From an uncultured Candidatus Saccharibacteria bacterium (GTDB lineage: Bacteria > Patescibacteriota > Minisyncoccia > Phycocordibacterales > UBA9973): a stretch of 64,000 nucleotides of DNA. The notes beneath the pieces were generated by a model. That model worked only from the letters and a program-made list of their open reading frames with translations, was not told the origin of the DNA and searched no databases. The position numbers were made by a program, and so were the translations under genes. The stretch covers positions 5,728-69,727 of the forward strand of contig CAZDGL010000003.1 of the NCBI GenBank assembly GCA_964505155.1, given 5' to 3'. How positions within the stretch are numbered: the stretch's first letter is position 1; each line of letters opens with the position of its first letter. Below, in pieces: positions 18,935 to 28,262 of this stretch.

Positions 18935-20003
18935 TTTATTTTTATTTCTGAGCTTAGCTTTGGCTTCATGCAAAGCCTCTTTTGCTAGTGAAAATTTTAT
19001 AATAAGTGTACCCAATAGAGATATAAGAGTTGGTGAAAGTTTTCCTGTCACTGTTTTTGTTAGTAGTAACTCTCAAGCGATGAATGCTGTTTCTGGTACT
19101 TTGCAAGCCTCAGGAGGGCTAAGTGTTGGCGGTGTCTCTAAACAAAGCAGTATTGTTGATTTTTGGACTATAGAACCACAAATCTTTGGTAGTCAGATTA
19201 AGTTTGAAGGAGTTGTCTTAAACCCAGGTTTTCAAGGTCAAAGCGGAAAACTCTTTACTATCAACTTTTTAGCCCGCAAAGAAGGTAATGCCTTACTTTC
19301 TTTTTCAGACGGAGCTATCCTCGCAAATGATGGTTTAGGGAGCAATATTATAGACTCTCTTTCATCAAAGAGTGTAAAGATAGTCGCAGGTGCTCCTGTT
19401 ATTGTTGATCAGATACCTAGAGCTCCTATTGCCGTGGATAAACCTTTAGTCCCAACAAAACTATCAGCTCTTCCTGTTATCACAGAATACTCTCAGGTTG
19501 TTGATTCTTCTGGCCGGGCATTTATCAAAGGTAGAGGTGAGCCCAATGCTATAACAAAACTATCTTTCAAAGATACTTCAGCTAAAAGTTTGGGTGAACA
19601 GTTTATCATTGCATTACAAACCAAAAAACAAAAACCAACAGAAGCTCTTGTAAAAAACGATAATCAAGGTGTATTTCAGTACATATCATCCAACAACCTA
19701 GTTGCTGGAGCTTATAACGTTACACCATTTTTGGTTGAAGAAGATAATCAAACCCAGAAACCTGGTTTCGGAGTTCAGCTTTTAGTCAATAACAGTAAAA
19801 TGGTACGTTGGTTGGTTGTGCTTATAAATGTCCTAGCTCTGCTTATTCCTATTGTTTGTTTGGGTGTTATTGTTTACTTTATCCCTTGGTACTCAAGACT
19901 TAGAATGAAAATCCTTAATCATAAGATAAAACTTGAAGATGAGAAACTAACTCTTACAGAAAAACAACTCAAAAAAGAAGAATCTTCAACCGAGCAAACA
20001 TAG
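18921..20003 (+). CDS. Cohesin-domain protein with C-terminal TM anchor
   Basis: VGESFPVTV..AMNAVSGTL..SIVDFWTIEP..IKFEGVVLNPGF..ILANDGLG; TM followed by a coiled-coil tail. Confidence 0.7.
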   Translation: MKRFSLFLFLSLALASCKASFASENFIISVPNRDIRVGESFPVTVFVSSNSQAMNAVSGTLQASGGLSVGGVSKQSSIVDFWTIEPQIFGSQIKFEGVVLNPGFQGQSGKLFTINFLARKEGNALLSFSDGAILANDGLGSNIIDSLSSKSVKIVAGAPVIVDQIPRAPIAVDKPLVPTKLSALPVITEYSQVVDSSGRAFIKGRGEPNAITKLSFKDTSAKSLGEQFIIALQTKKQKPTEALVKNDNQGVFQYISSNNLVAGAYNVTPFLVEEDNQTQKPGFGVQLLVNNSKMVRWLVVLINVLALLIPIVCLGVIVYFIPWYSRLRMKILNHKIKLEDEKLTLTEKQLKKEESSTEQT

Positions 20004-20039
20004 TAGAGTTTTGTTGTGATACAATATTTATATAAATAT

Positions 20040-21119
20040 ATGCTTCGATCTTTTTTGCTAACCCTTTTTATCTTTCTCTCTTTCACTTCTTTGGTAAGTG
20101 CCAATGTTCTTACTCCTGATCAGCGCTCTTGGCTGACCAGTCACAAAAACACTTTACTCGTTAGGCCAGAGCGCAATTATCCTCCTTTTTCTTTTTTATC
20201 TTCTTCTACTAGCGCTAGACCCAAAGGCCTTGCTGTTGACTACTTAGACCTTGTCGCAAAAAAGGTTGGAGCAGTTGCTACTTTCTTAGAACCAAGATCT
20301 CGAAGTGCTATTTTATCTGATATAAAATCAGGCAAAGAAGGTATTGTACTTGCTATATCAGAATCCGCTGATAGGTCTGACTATATGTACTTTTCTGAAC
20401 CCTTTATATCCTTACCAGCGGTTATTGTGACAAGAAAGGATTTTAAACATTCAAAAGATCTAACTTTGGCTGATTTTGAAGCTAAACAAGTAGCTGTAAC
20501 AGGTGGCTATGAAGCTTTTGATTATATAAAAGATAATTATCCAAAAATAATTTTAGAGTCTGTCTCTGACGACGAAGTCGCTCTCCAAAAGCTTCTCCTC
20601 GGAGAGGTAGATGCTGCCGTTATGGATCTAGCATCACTGTCATACTATACCAGCAAGGATGTGCTCTCTTATGTATCTGTTGGTGGGCAAACTGGTTTTG
20701 AGTACAACCTCTCTTTTGCAGTCCCAAAAACAATGCCAGAAATGGTTACTATTTTAAATGCGGGACTTAAAGAAATAACCCCAACAGAAAAAATCATAAT
20801 CTCTGATCGATGGATAACTTTTGAAGAAAATAGAGAAGATAAAACTCAAAAAGTTTTTGGTATTTTACAAAGTCCTTTTTGGATTTCTGTCAGTATCTTG
20901 GCTATAGTTATCATCATCGTTTTATTGACACTGATAATTGTTCACTCTAGAAGGCATCATAGATATCACCTTGCTAGCCTCAAGAGAACTCAAGAGCTTG
21001 CTGAGCTCAAAAATGAACTTTCGCGTTTGGAAGGTGCTAGTGATACCTTGGAACAAAATTTAGAAGAAATAGACTCGCTCAAAAGAGCTGTAGAGGAGAA
21101 AATAGAGCATATAAACTAA
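20040..21119 (+). CDS. Membrane-anchored solute-binding (BvgS/EvgS-type PBPb) protein with no kinase domain
   Basis: LTPDQRSWL..YPPFSF..GLAVDYL..FSEPF..LQKLLLGEVDAAV; then TM and a short coiled coil. Confidence 0.8.
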   Translation: MLRSFLLTLFIFLSFTSLVSANVLTPDQRSWLTSHKNTLLVRPERNYPPFSFLSSSTSARPKGLAVDYLDLVAKKVGAVATFLEPRSRSAILSDIKSGKEGIVLAISESADRSDYMYFSEPFISLPAVIVTRKDFKHSKDLTLADFEAKQVAVTGGYEAFDYIKDNYPKIILESVSDDEVALQKLLLGEVDAAVMDLASLSYYTSKDVLSYVSVGGQTGFEYNLSFAVPKTMPEMVTILNAGLKEITPTEKIIISDRWITFEENREDKTQKVFGILQSPFWISVSILAIVIIIVLLTLIIVHSRRHHRYHLASLKRTQELAELKNELSRLEGASDTLEQNLEEIDSLKRAVEEKIEHIN

Positions 21120-21165
21120 GTGTTGATTTTATAGCTCTAAACACGCTACAATACCTTATATCAAC

Positions 21166-22266
21166 ATGTCTAAACTCAGCAATTTCCTTCTAGCCACATT
21201 TTTAGCTATTTTATGTTTTGGGTTCTATTTTGACCAAGTAGCTTTTGCTGAAAATTCTATTTTAACTCAAGAGCAAAGTTCTTGGCTTAGTAAAAGAAAT
21301 AATACTATTTTGATCCGACCAGAGCGTAACTATCCTCCTTTTGTTTTTTCTGTACAAAACGGGCTTTCAAATGTCATTCAAGGTTTGGGCGTTGATTATT
21401 TGGAATTAATCACAAAAAAGATAGGAGCCAAGGTTCAATACTTCGAACCAACACAGCTTTCAAATATTTTGTCTTCTTTTAAAGAAGGTAAAGAAGGTGT
21501 AGCAATTGCCCTTACTAAAACAGCTGAAAGAGAAGAGTATTTGTACTTTACAAAGTCTTTTATAAGCATTCCCGCAGTTATCGTAGCCAGAAAAGATAGC
21601 AACTTATCGCAGGGCGATACTTCTTTAGCTGATTTGTCAGGCAAGGTTGTTGCTGTTGGCAAGGCTCATGCTGTTGAATCATATATCAAAAGTTCTTATC
21701 CTAATATAGTTTTAGATTCTTTACCAGATGACGAGGTTTCTCTCCAAAAGCTCCTCCTTGGAGAGGTAGATGCTGCCGTCATGGATTTGGCATCACTGTC
21801 ATACTATACCAATAATCAGGCGCTTTCATATGTGTCTGTAGTTGGTCAAGCTAATTTCAACTACAATCTATCTTTTGCTATTTCAAAGAAAAATAAAGAA
21901 CTTCAAAATATTTTTGATACTGCTCTTGGTACAGTAACTCCACAAGAAGCATCAGCACTGAGAGATAAATGGATTACACTAAAAGATGTCTCAATCGTAA
22001 AGTCAGAACCTACTAGTTTATTTAAAAATCCGATATTTGTAGTAGTCGTATCTATACTAATCATATTTTTTATTTTATCTACCTCTGTTTTCTTATCTTT
22101 TTTAAAGAAAATACAAACTCTTTTGGCTCAAAATTTAAAATTTAATAAAAATAAAAATGAGATAGAAAGTAAATTAGAAAGCTTAGAAAATGCAAAAGCT
22201 ATGATTAAAAAAGAACTTGAACATATTGACGAGCTAGAAAATAATCTTAAAGATACTTTGGACTAA
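21166..22266 (+). CDS. Paralogous membrane-anchored PBPb protein with no kinase domain
   Basis: Same architecture as the previous ORF; shares DDEVxLQKLLLGEVDAAVMDLASLSYYT. Confidence 0.8.
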   Translation: MSKLSNFLLATFLAILCFGFYFDQVAFAENSILTQEQSSWLSKRNNTILIRPERNYPPFVFSVQNGLSNVIQGLGVDYLELITKKIGAKVQYFEPTQLSNILSSFKEGKEGVAIALTKTAEREEYLYFTKSFISIPAVIVARKDSNLSQGDTSLADLSGKVVAVGKAHAVESYIKSSYPNIVLDSLPDDEVSLQKLLLGEVDAAVMDLASLSYYTNNQALSYVSVVGQANFNYNLSFAISKKNKELQNIFDTALGTVTPQEASALRDKWITLKDVSIVKSEPTSLFKNPIFVVVVSILIIFFILSTSVFLSFLKKIQTLLAQNLKFNKNKNEIESKLESLENAKAMIKKELEHIDELENNLKDTLD

Positions 22267-22302
22267 GTATTTTTTACTGACATTTTTATAGTAAATGAAC
22301 TT

Positions 22303-22377
22303 TGAGCCACTTGTCAGACTTGAAAGACCTTCGCTTTACCCACTTACGCTTCAGTGGACAGGCGTCAGCGTTGCTCT
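22303..22377 (-). pseudogene. Degenerate partial copy of tRNA-Thr with an insert in the anticodon loop
   Basis: TGAGCCACTTGTCAGACTTGAA..GACCTTCGCTTTAC[27 nt]AGCGTTGCTCT matches the adjacent tRNA gene; the 5' end is missing. Confidence 0.7.
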
Positions 22378-22395
22378 GTTTAGATTAATTTTTTG

Positions 22396-22468
22396 AGCCG
22401 CTTGTCAGACTTGAACTGACGACCTTCGCTTTACAAAAGCGTTGCTCTACCAACTGAGCTAAAGCGGC
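22396..22468 (-). tRNA. tRNA-Thr(TGT)
   Basis: GCCGCTT/AAGCGGC acceptor stem, D arm AGCTCAGTTGGTAGAGC, anticodon loop TTTGTAA, T loop TTCAAGT; CCA not encoded. Confidence 0.95.
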
Positions 22469-22507
22469 GATTGTGGCTCCAAAATTTGGAGCCAACTGAC
22501 TTACATT

Positions 22508-22897
22508 TTACACGTTTTTTGTTTTTCGTCTAGCTTTTTTCTTTCCACCATCTGGGGCATTTATCTTGTCTTTATTTTCGGAGATACTCATTAGAAAATA
22601 AGATGATGGTCCATGCTCAAGCCCTGCTAGTTCGTCTTTGGGCTCAAAGACTGTTTTGGCTTTGGGGAATACATAGAAAAATGCTTTGGCTATGATTTTG
22701 GTCATAAAACCTCTCAATCTTTTTGTGATCCTAAGGATTAAAAACCAAGCTTTTCTAAAACTTCTAGCATACTTGTTGGATATTTGCTCTAGCTCTTTTT
22801 CTGATTCTTTTTTGTGATGTTCTTTGAAAATAACAAACATGACAAGAAGCCAAAGAGCAAGTAGGGAAATGATAAGAGCAAATATTTTTCCAATCAT
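22508..22897 (-). CDS. Hypothetical membrane protein
   Basis: N-terminal TM, basic protein, 4 bp downstream of tsf. Confidence 0.7.
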   Translation of the reverse strand: MIGKIFALIISLLALWLLVMFVIFKEHHKKESEKELEQISNKYARSFRKAWFLILRITKRLRGFMTKIIAKAFFYVFPKAKTVFEPKDELAGLEHGPSSYFLMSISENKDKINAPDGGKKKARRKTKNV

Positions 22898-22901
22898 ATC
22901 T

Positions 22902-23681
22902 TTAGCCTAGAGTGTAGAGCTTAAAAGAAACTACTTCTGCGCCTGCGTTTTGAGCCATCTTTCCAACTGTTATTTCTGGGTTTTTGAAAAATGGTTGATC
23001 AAGGAGTGTTTGTTCTTTGAAGTATCCAGATATCTTTCCTTCCATCATCTTAGTTTTGATATCTTCTGGTTTACCACTTTCGTCTACTTCTTTTTTCAAA
23101 ACTTCTATCACAGCTTCTCTGTCAGATTCTTTTATATCTGTAGCTTGTAGATATGTAGGCTTCATAGCACTAGCGTGCATAGCGATATCTTTGGCTACTT
23201 CAGCGTTACCACCTTTAAGTACAACCACAGAAGCGCTTTTGCCGTTGAAGTGAATGTAAGATCCAATAGTTTCTCCAGAATACTCATCTATTGTTCCGAG
23301 CTGAATATTTTCTCCAGTTTTTAGAACCGCATCGTTAATAAAGGCAGATGATGCTTCCTTAGCCTTCTCTGTGCCTTCACTCCAAGCGCTAGAGAGGATA
23401 GCTTCTCCACAGTCTATGAAGCCTTGGTTTTGAGCCACAAAGTCTGTTTCGCAGTTTAGGGTTACCACTACCGCCTTACCGCCTTCGTTTTTGATAAATA
23501 CTCGTCCATCTACAGCACTTCGGTCTGACTTTTTCTCAGCCATTTCGCTACCTTTTTTGCGTAGGATTATCAAAGCCTTTTCCATATCTCCACCAGCTTC
23601 TTCTAGTGCCTTGCGACATTGCATAACTGATACACTTGTTTTGTCTCGGAGTTCTTTTACTTGTTCTGTTGTGATTGTCAT
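22902..23681 (-). CDS. tsf: Elongation factor Ts
   Basis: VKELRDKT..MQCRKAL; LNCETDFVA; IAMHA; LLDQPF. Confidence 0.97.
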   Translation of the reverse strand: MTITTEQVKELRDKTSVSVMQCRKALEEAGGDMEKALIILRKKGSEMAEKKSDRSAVDGRVFIKNEGGKAVVVTLNCETDFVAQNQGFIDCGEAILSSAWSEGTEKAKEASSAFINDAVLKTGENIQLGTIDEYSGETIGSYIHFNGKSASVVVLKGGNAEVAKDIAMHASAMKPTYLQATDIKESDREAVIEVLKKEVDESGKPEDIKTKMMEGKISGYFKEQTLLDQPFFKNPEITVGKMAQNAGAEVVSFKLYTLG

Positions 23682-23849
23682 TTTATATATCTTTAAACAC
23701 TACCTCAATATATTTTTCGAAGTACACGCATAAATTTCTGATGAAATTTTGCTCTGCTCGGCTCAGTCAGCCTGCGCAAGGTACTTCTCAAAACATATTT
23801 TCGTTCGTGTCCTAATTTACTTTATAAACTTTATAACTTTACAAACTTT

Positions 23850-24527
23850 CTACTTACTAAATGCGTCTTTAAGTATACCAAGAACTGCTGAAATACTAGA
23901 AGCACTACTATCGTTAGCGATGATAGGGTAGGAAATAGCGCGGATAGAACAGTCAGTGTTGCCGATAGCAACTACAGGCACGCCAACTTTGCGAGCTTCA
24001 GCTATAGCGATGTGTTCTTTTTTTGTGTCTACTATTACTACAGCCTCAGGCATTTTTGTAAGACCTGTGAGACCGCTAAAGTATTTGTTCAAACGATCCA
24101 TTTCTCGGTTTAGAAGGATTTGTTCCTTTTTGGTGTATTTATCAAAGCCACCACTTGTGCGTTCTTCTTTGAGTTCTTCAAGGCGAGAAATTCTTCTTTT
24201 GATTTCTGGGAAGTTTGTAAGTATTCCACCGATCCATCTCTCTGTGACATATGGCATTTTGAGGGATTGTGCTACTTCCATCACAATCTTGCGAGCTTCT
24301 GGTTTGACACCTACAAAGAGCACTGTTTTGCCAGCACTTCCGAGTTCACTCAGGAAGTTTGCCGCCGCTTCCATCATAGGAGCAGTCTTTTCGAGATCGA
24401 TAATATCTACACCACCTTTTGTTCCATATAGAAATGGAGTAACACTAGGGTGACGACGAGTACGTGAGTATCCATAATGGACACCCGAGTCCATAAGAGG
24501 ACTAAGTGATAGTTCTTTTTTTGACAT
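23850..24527 (-). CDS. rpsB: 30S ribosomal protein S2
   Basis: GVHYG..HPS; RWIGGILTNF; canonical rpsB-tsf order. Confidence 0.97.
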   Translation of the reverse strand: MSKKELSLSPLMDSGVHYGYSRTRRHPSVTPFLYGTKGGVDIIDLEKTAPMMEAAANFLSELGSAGKTVLFVGVKPEARKIVMEVAQSLKMPYVTERWIGGILTNFPEIKRRISRLEELKEERTSGGFDKYTKKEQILLNREMDRLNKYFSGLTGLTKMPEAVVIVDTKKEHIAIAEARKVGVPVVAIGNTDCSIRAISYPIIANDSSASSISAVLGILKDAFSK

Positions 24528-24743
24528 AAAATCTGTTTACAGGTTTTCCCCAAAAGGGTACTTACCTTACTTTGGTTGCCCAAAGCCTACTCTCTTTTAG
24601 TAGGTTTACTGAATAATTGCATCCTTTTACTTGTCCGCCTTGGGCGGAAGGACGTTTCAATCTAACATTTCCAAGCCATTTTGGCAAGGCAAACTCTTTG
24701 ACAAAGTAACATTCTAATGTAGTATTATTAAAAAATAAAAACA

Positions 24744-25265
24744 ATGAGTACAGACCTTTTAATGAAGGAAGAAAAAGTAGTTAGCATAAAAGAGTCAGAA
24801 AGATATGACTTATCAACTTTCTATCGTTTTGATGAAGTTGTCAATGGGGTTTATTTTTCTGCTAATTTTAAAGCCGTCATATTAGCCGCAACTGCAACAT
24901 CAAGTTTTAGCTCAATAGATCATGTTGCAAGCTCAATTCGTGTGATGGCAAATGAAAAGACAATTATGGCAAGAGATGTCTTTTTATTAAGTAATGATGA
25001 CCTTGTTTCCAGGCATGGGCGCATATGCGCCAAAGAAAGATTAAGTGTTGTTGCTTCACTTGTCTCTGAACAACTCAATGGTGAGCCCGGGGTATTAAGA
25101 GTCACCGGTGATCGAAACCACATTGGAATCTTCAGATTAGGTGACCGTGAAGAATATTTGGCATTTGTATACTGGAACATTAATCTTAAATCTTGGTGCT
25201 TTGATAGTTTTAGTGTGGAAGAATACAAAGCAGATCCTAGTTTATGGTTATTTTTTCTTTTTTAA
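24744..25265 (+). CDS. Orphan hypothetical protein
   Basis: 173-aa ORF with TTGACA at 24698 upstream and a terminator at 25290-25316. Confidence 0.7.
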   Translation: MSTDLLMKEEKVVSIKESERYDLSTFYRFDEVVNGVYFSANFKAVILAATATSSFSSIDHVASSIRVMANEKTIMARDVFLLSNDDLVSRHGRICAKERLSVVASLVSEQLNGEPGVLRVTGDRNHIGIFRLGDREEYLAFVYWNINLKSWCFDSFSVEEYKADPSLWLFFLF

Positions 25266-25425
25266 TTTCAAACAAAAAACTACACGCCTAAAAGCTTGTC
25301 AAAAACAGGCTTTTTTATTACCCAAAATATGTGATTTGATAAAGAGAGATGATTGACTATTTATATAAAATATGCTCTAATATATAAGATAATCAAATTG
25401 TACAAAACCTTGAAAATATTAAAAT

Positions 25426-25650
25426 ATGAAAAGCAAAAAACAGTTTTTATTTAAACAAAGGAAAGCATATATAATTATTGTTTTGTTGACAATTATTTGC
25501 ACACTTTGTGTTTGTGTAAAGTTGTTATTTAATCCGACATGGATACTATGGCATATGGCTATTGCTAGCATATTTGGATCTGTTATTTGTTTATTGATTT
25601 TTTTACCAATGCTTAAGGCATTAAAATCTGATATTAATCAAATGTCTTAA
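25426..25650 (+). CDS. Small two-TM orphan protein
   Basis: Two hydrophobic helices; TTGACT at 25353; terminator at 25670-25696. Confidence 0.6.
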   Translation: MKSKKQFLFKQRKAYIIIVLLTIICTLCVCVKLLFNPTWILWHMAIASIFGSVICLLIFLPMLKALKSDINQMS

Positions 25651-25749
25651 GTAATTAGTCGTTACGTTAAAGGCCTGCGCAAAGCGGGCTTTTTTTATTG
25701 CCTCCCGCCCTAGCGGGACACGTCAAAATATGCGATTATGTAGGTACTT

Positions 25750-27210
25750 ATGGCACAGGAACAGAAGAAGTTTGAAAATGCAATTACCCCTCGATCTGAG
25801 GATTATTCGCAATGGTACTTAGATATTATAGCTGCGGCTGATTTGGCTGAATACGCGCCTGTAAAAGGCTGTATGATTATAAAGCCTTACGGCTACGCTA
25901 TCTGGGAACAGGTACAAAAAGTACTTGATGAAGAATTCAAAACTAAAGGAGTTCAAAATGCATATTTCCCACTACTAATTCCTGAGAAACTATTAAAGAG
26001 AGAAGAACAACATGTCGAAGGTTTTGCACCAGAGGTTGCTGTTGTAACACATGCGGGAGGAGAGAAACTAGATGAGCCTTATGTGATTCGTCCGACATCA
26101 GAAACTATTATGTATGAAGTATTTTCAGGATGGGTACACTCATATCGAGATTTACCTTTATTAATAAATCAATGGGCCAATGTTGTTCGCTGGGAACTTA
26201 GAACAAAACCATTTCTTCGCACTACAGAATTTTTGTGGCAAGAAGGTCATACTGTACATAAAACTCTTGAAGAAGCTGATGCTTTTGCAAGAGAAATGTC
26301 AGAAGTTTACGAAAAATTTGCTAGAAACTATATGGCTATACCGGTAATTCGTGGAGCAAAATCAGATGCAGAGAGATTTGCAGGTGCTCACACTACATAT
26401 ACTTGTGAGGCTATGATGCAGGACGGAAAAGCTCTTCAATATGCAACTTCACATAATCTTGGAGATAACTTTGCAAAAGCATTTAATATTCAGTTTTTAA
26501 ATGAACAAAATGAACTTGTTTACGGCTATCAAACTAGCTGGGGGCTTTCGACTCGTTCTATAGGAGGTCTGATAATGACCCATAGTGATGATAAGGGTCT
26601 TGTACTACCACCTAAGATGGCCTCTATAAAAGTGGTTATTATTCCGATCTTTAAAGAAGAGACAAAGACTGAAGTTTTACCTGTAGCTGTTCTTTTGAAA
26701 GAGAAATTGGAAAAGACTTTGGGAGTAAGAGCTGTTCATGTTGACGATAGAGAGAACTTAAGAATGGGTGAAAAAATATATGAATGGGAAAAGAAGGGTG
26801 TTCCAGTTAGAATCGAAATAGGTCCTAAGGATATAGAAAAAGAAGAATTTGTTTTATCAAGACGAGATACAGGAGAGAAAGAAGGTATAAAATACAATAA
26901 TGATACTTTTGGTGAAGCGGTAGAAGATATTCTGGAGAGAATCCAAAACAGCCTTCTTGAGGTTGCAGAAAAAAGGTTAAAAGAAAATACAGTCGATGTG
27001 GATTCTTGGGAAGAATTTATTTCTTCAATTGAGGCAGGGAAATTTGTTCTTGCTCATTGGGATGGTACAGGTAAAACTGAAAAAATAATCAAAGAAGAAA
27101 CAGGTGCAACTATTCGCTGTGTTCCATTTAATATGAAAGAAGAAACAGGTGCTTGTGTGAAAACAGGAGCGCTATCAAAAGGTCGAGTCTTATTTGCTAG
27201 AGCATATTAA
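25750..27210 (+). CDS. proS: Prolyl-tRNA synthetase, archaeal/eukaryote-type
   Basis: RPTSET, QWANVVRWE, FLRTTEFLWQEGH, QTSWGLSTR, C-terminal FARAY. Confidence 0.97.
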   Translation: MAQEQKKFENAITPRSEDYSQWYLDIIAAADLAEYAPVKGCMIIKPYGYAIWEQVQKVLDEEFKTKGVQNAYFPLLIPEKLLKREEQHVEGFAPEVAVVTHAGGEKLDEPYVIRPTSETIMYEVFSGWVHSYRDLPLLINQWANVVRWELRTKPFLRTTEFLWQEGHTVHKTLEEADAFAREMSEVYEKFARNYMAIPVIRGAKSDAERFAGAHTTYTCEAMMQDGKALQYATSHNLGDNFAKAFNIQFLNEQNELVYGYQTSWGLSTRSIGGLIMTHSDDKGLVLPPKMASIKVVIIPIFKEETKTEVLPVAVLLKEKLEKTLGVRAVHVDDRENLRMGEKIYEWEKKGVPVRIEIGPKDIEKEEFVLSRRDTGEKEGIKYNNDTFGEAVEDILERIQNSLLEVAEKRLKENTVDVDSWEEFISSIEAGKFVLAHWDGTGKTEKIIKEETGATIRCVPFNMKEETGACVKTGALSKGRVLFARAY

Positions 27211-27215
27211 AATAC

Positions 27216-28262
27216 ATGTTCAAAAAGCTCTACAGTAGATTTTCAAATGATATAGGTATAGATCTAGGTACTGCAAATACCTTGGTGTATTTGCGTGGCG
27301 CTGGAACTGTTATCAACGAACCTTCGATAGTAGCGCTCAATCAAAAAACCGGACAAATAGTAGCCATAGGTAGGGAAGCCAAAAAGATGGATGGCAAAAC
27401 TCCAGCGCATATTTCGATAGTGAGACCTCTTGTAGAAGGTGTGGTTTCTGACTTTGAGGTTACCGAAGAGATGCTTGCTTATTTTATAAGAAAGGTAGAA
27501 AAGATGAACAAAAAGTTTTTTCGCCCAAGAGTTATCGTGGGAGTGCCAAGTGGTATCACCAACGTCGAGATGCGCGCTGTTTATGACGCAGCTATCAATG
27601 CTGGAGCCAGAGAAGTTTTTTTGGTCGAAGAAGCGATGTCGGCTGCTATCGGAGTGCGTTTACCAGTACTTTCTTCGACAGCGTCTTTGGTGGTAGACAT
27701 AGGAGGTGGAACGACAGATATTGCTCTTATCTCTTTGGGCGGGATAGTTAGATCGCTCAACCTGAAAGTTGCTGGAGACCACTTCAATGCTCGAATTATA
27801 GAGTATTTGCGAGATGAATTTAAGCTCCTCATTGGTGAACAAACAGCTGAGCAGGTCAAGATGGCTATTGGTTCAGCGATAGAGACAGACTACGCTGAGA
27901 TAGAGGTGCGTGGTCGAGATTTGATCACAGGACTTCCTAGAGCGCTTGTAGTTACCGATGGAGACATTAGAGAGGCTTTGGCATATCCGGTTTCTCTTAT
28001 TGTCGCAGGTATTCGAGAGGTTTTGGAAACTGCTCCTCCAGAGATGCTCGTAGATATCATCTCTAGTGGAGTTATTTTGACAGGTGGTGGAGCACTTCTA
28101 AAGGGCTTGCCACAACTACTTGGCCAAGAGTTGAAGCTTCCTATATATATAGCTGAAGATCCTCTCTCGGCTGTAGTGCGAGGTACCGGTATAATACTAG
28201 AGTCGTTTGAAGAATATAAAAGCGCACTCCTTTCTATAGAAGACCATGTCACAGTTTCGTAA
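27216..28262 (+). CDS. mreB: Rod shape-determining protein MreB
   Basis: DIGIDLGTANT, VVDIGGGTTD, LTGGGALL. Confidence 0.97.
   Translation: MFKKLYSRFSNDIGIDLGTANTLVYLRGAGTVINEPSIVALNQKTGQIVAIGREAKKMDGKTPAHISIVRPLVEGVVSDFEVTEEMLAYFIRKVEKMNKKFFRPRVIVGVPSGITNVEMRAVYDAAINAGAREVFLVEEAMSAAIGVRLPVLSSTASLVVDIGGGTTDIALISLGGIVRSLNLKVAGDHFNARIIEYLRDEFKLLIGEQTAEQVKMAIGSAIETDYAEIEVRGRDLITGLPRALVVTDGDIREALAYPVSLIVAGIREVLETAPPEMLVDIISSGVILTGGGALLKGLPQLLGQELKLPIYIAEDPLSAVVRGTGIILESFEEYKSALLSIEDHVTVS

Noticed and set aside
22303-22468. Intact integrative element at tRNA-Thr
   Set aside because: No integrase in the window, and fewer than 20 bp separate the tRNA from its partial copy.
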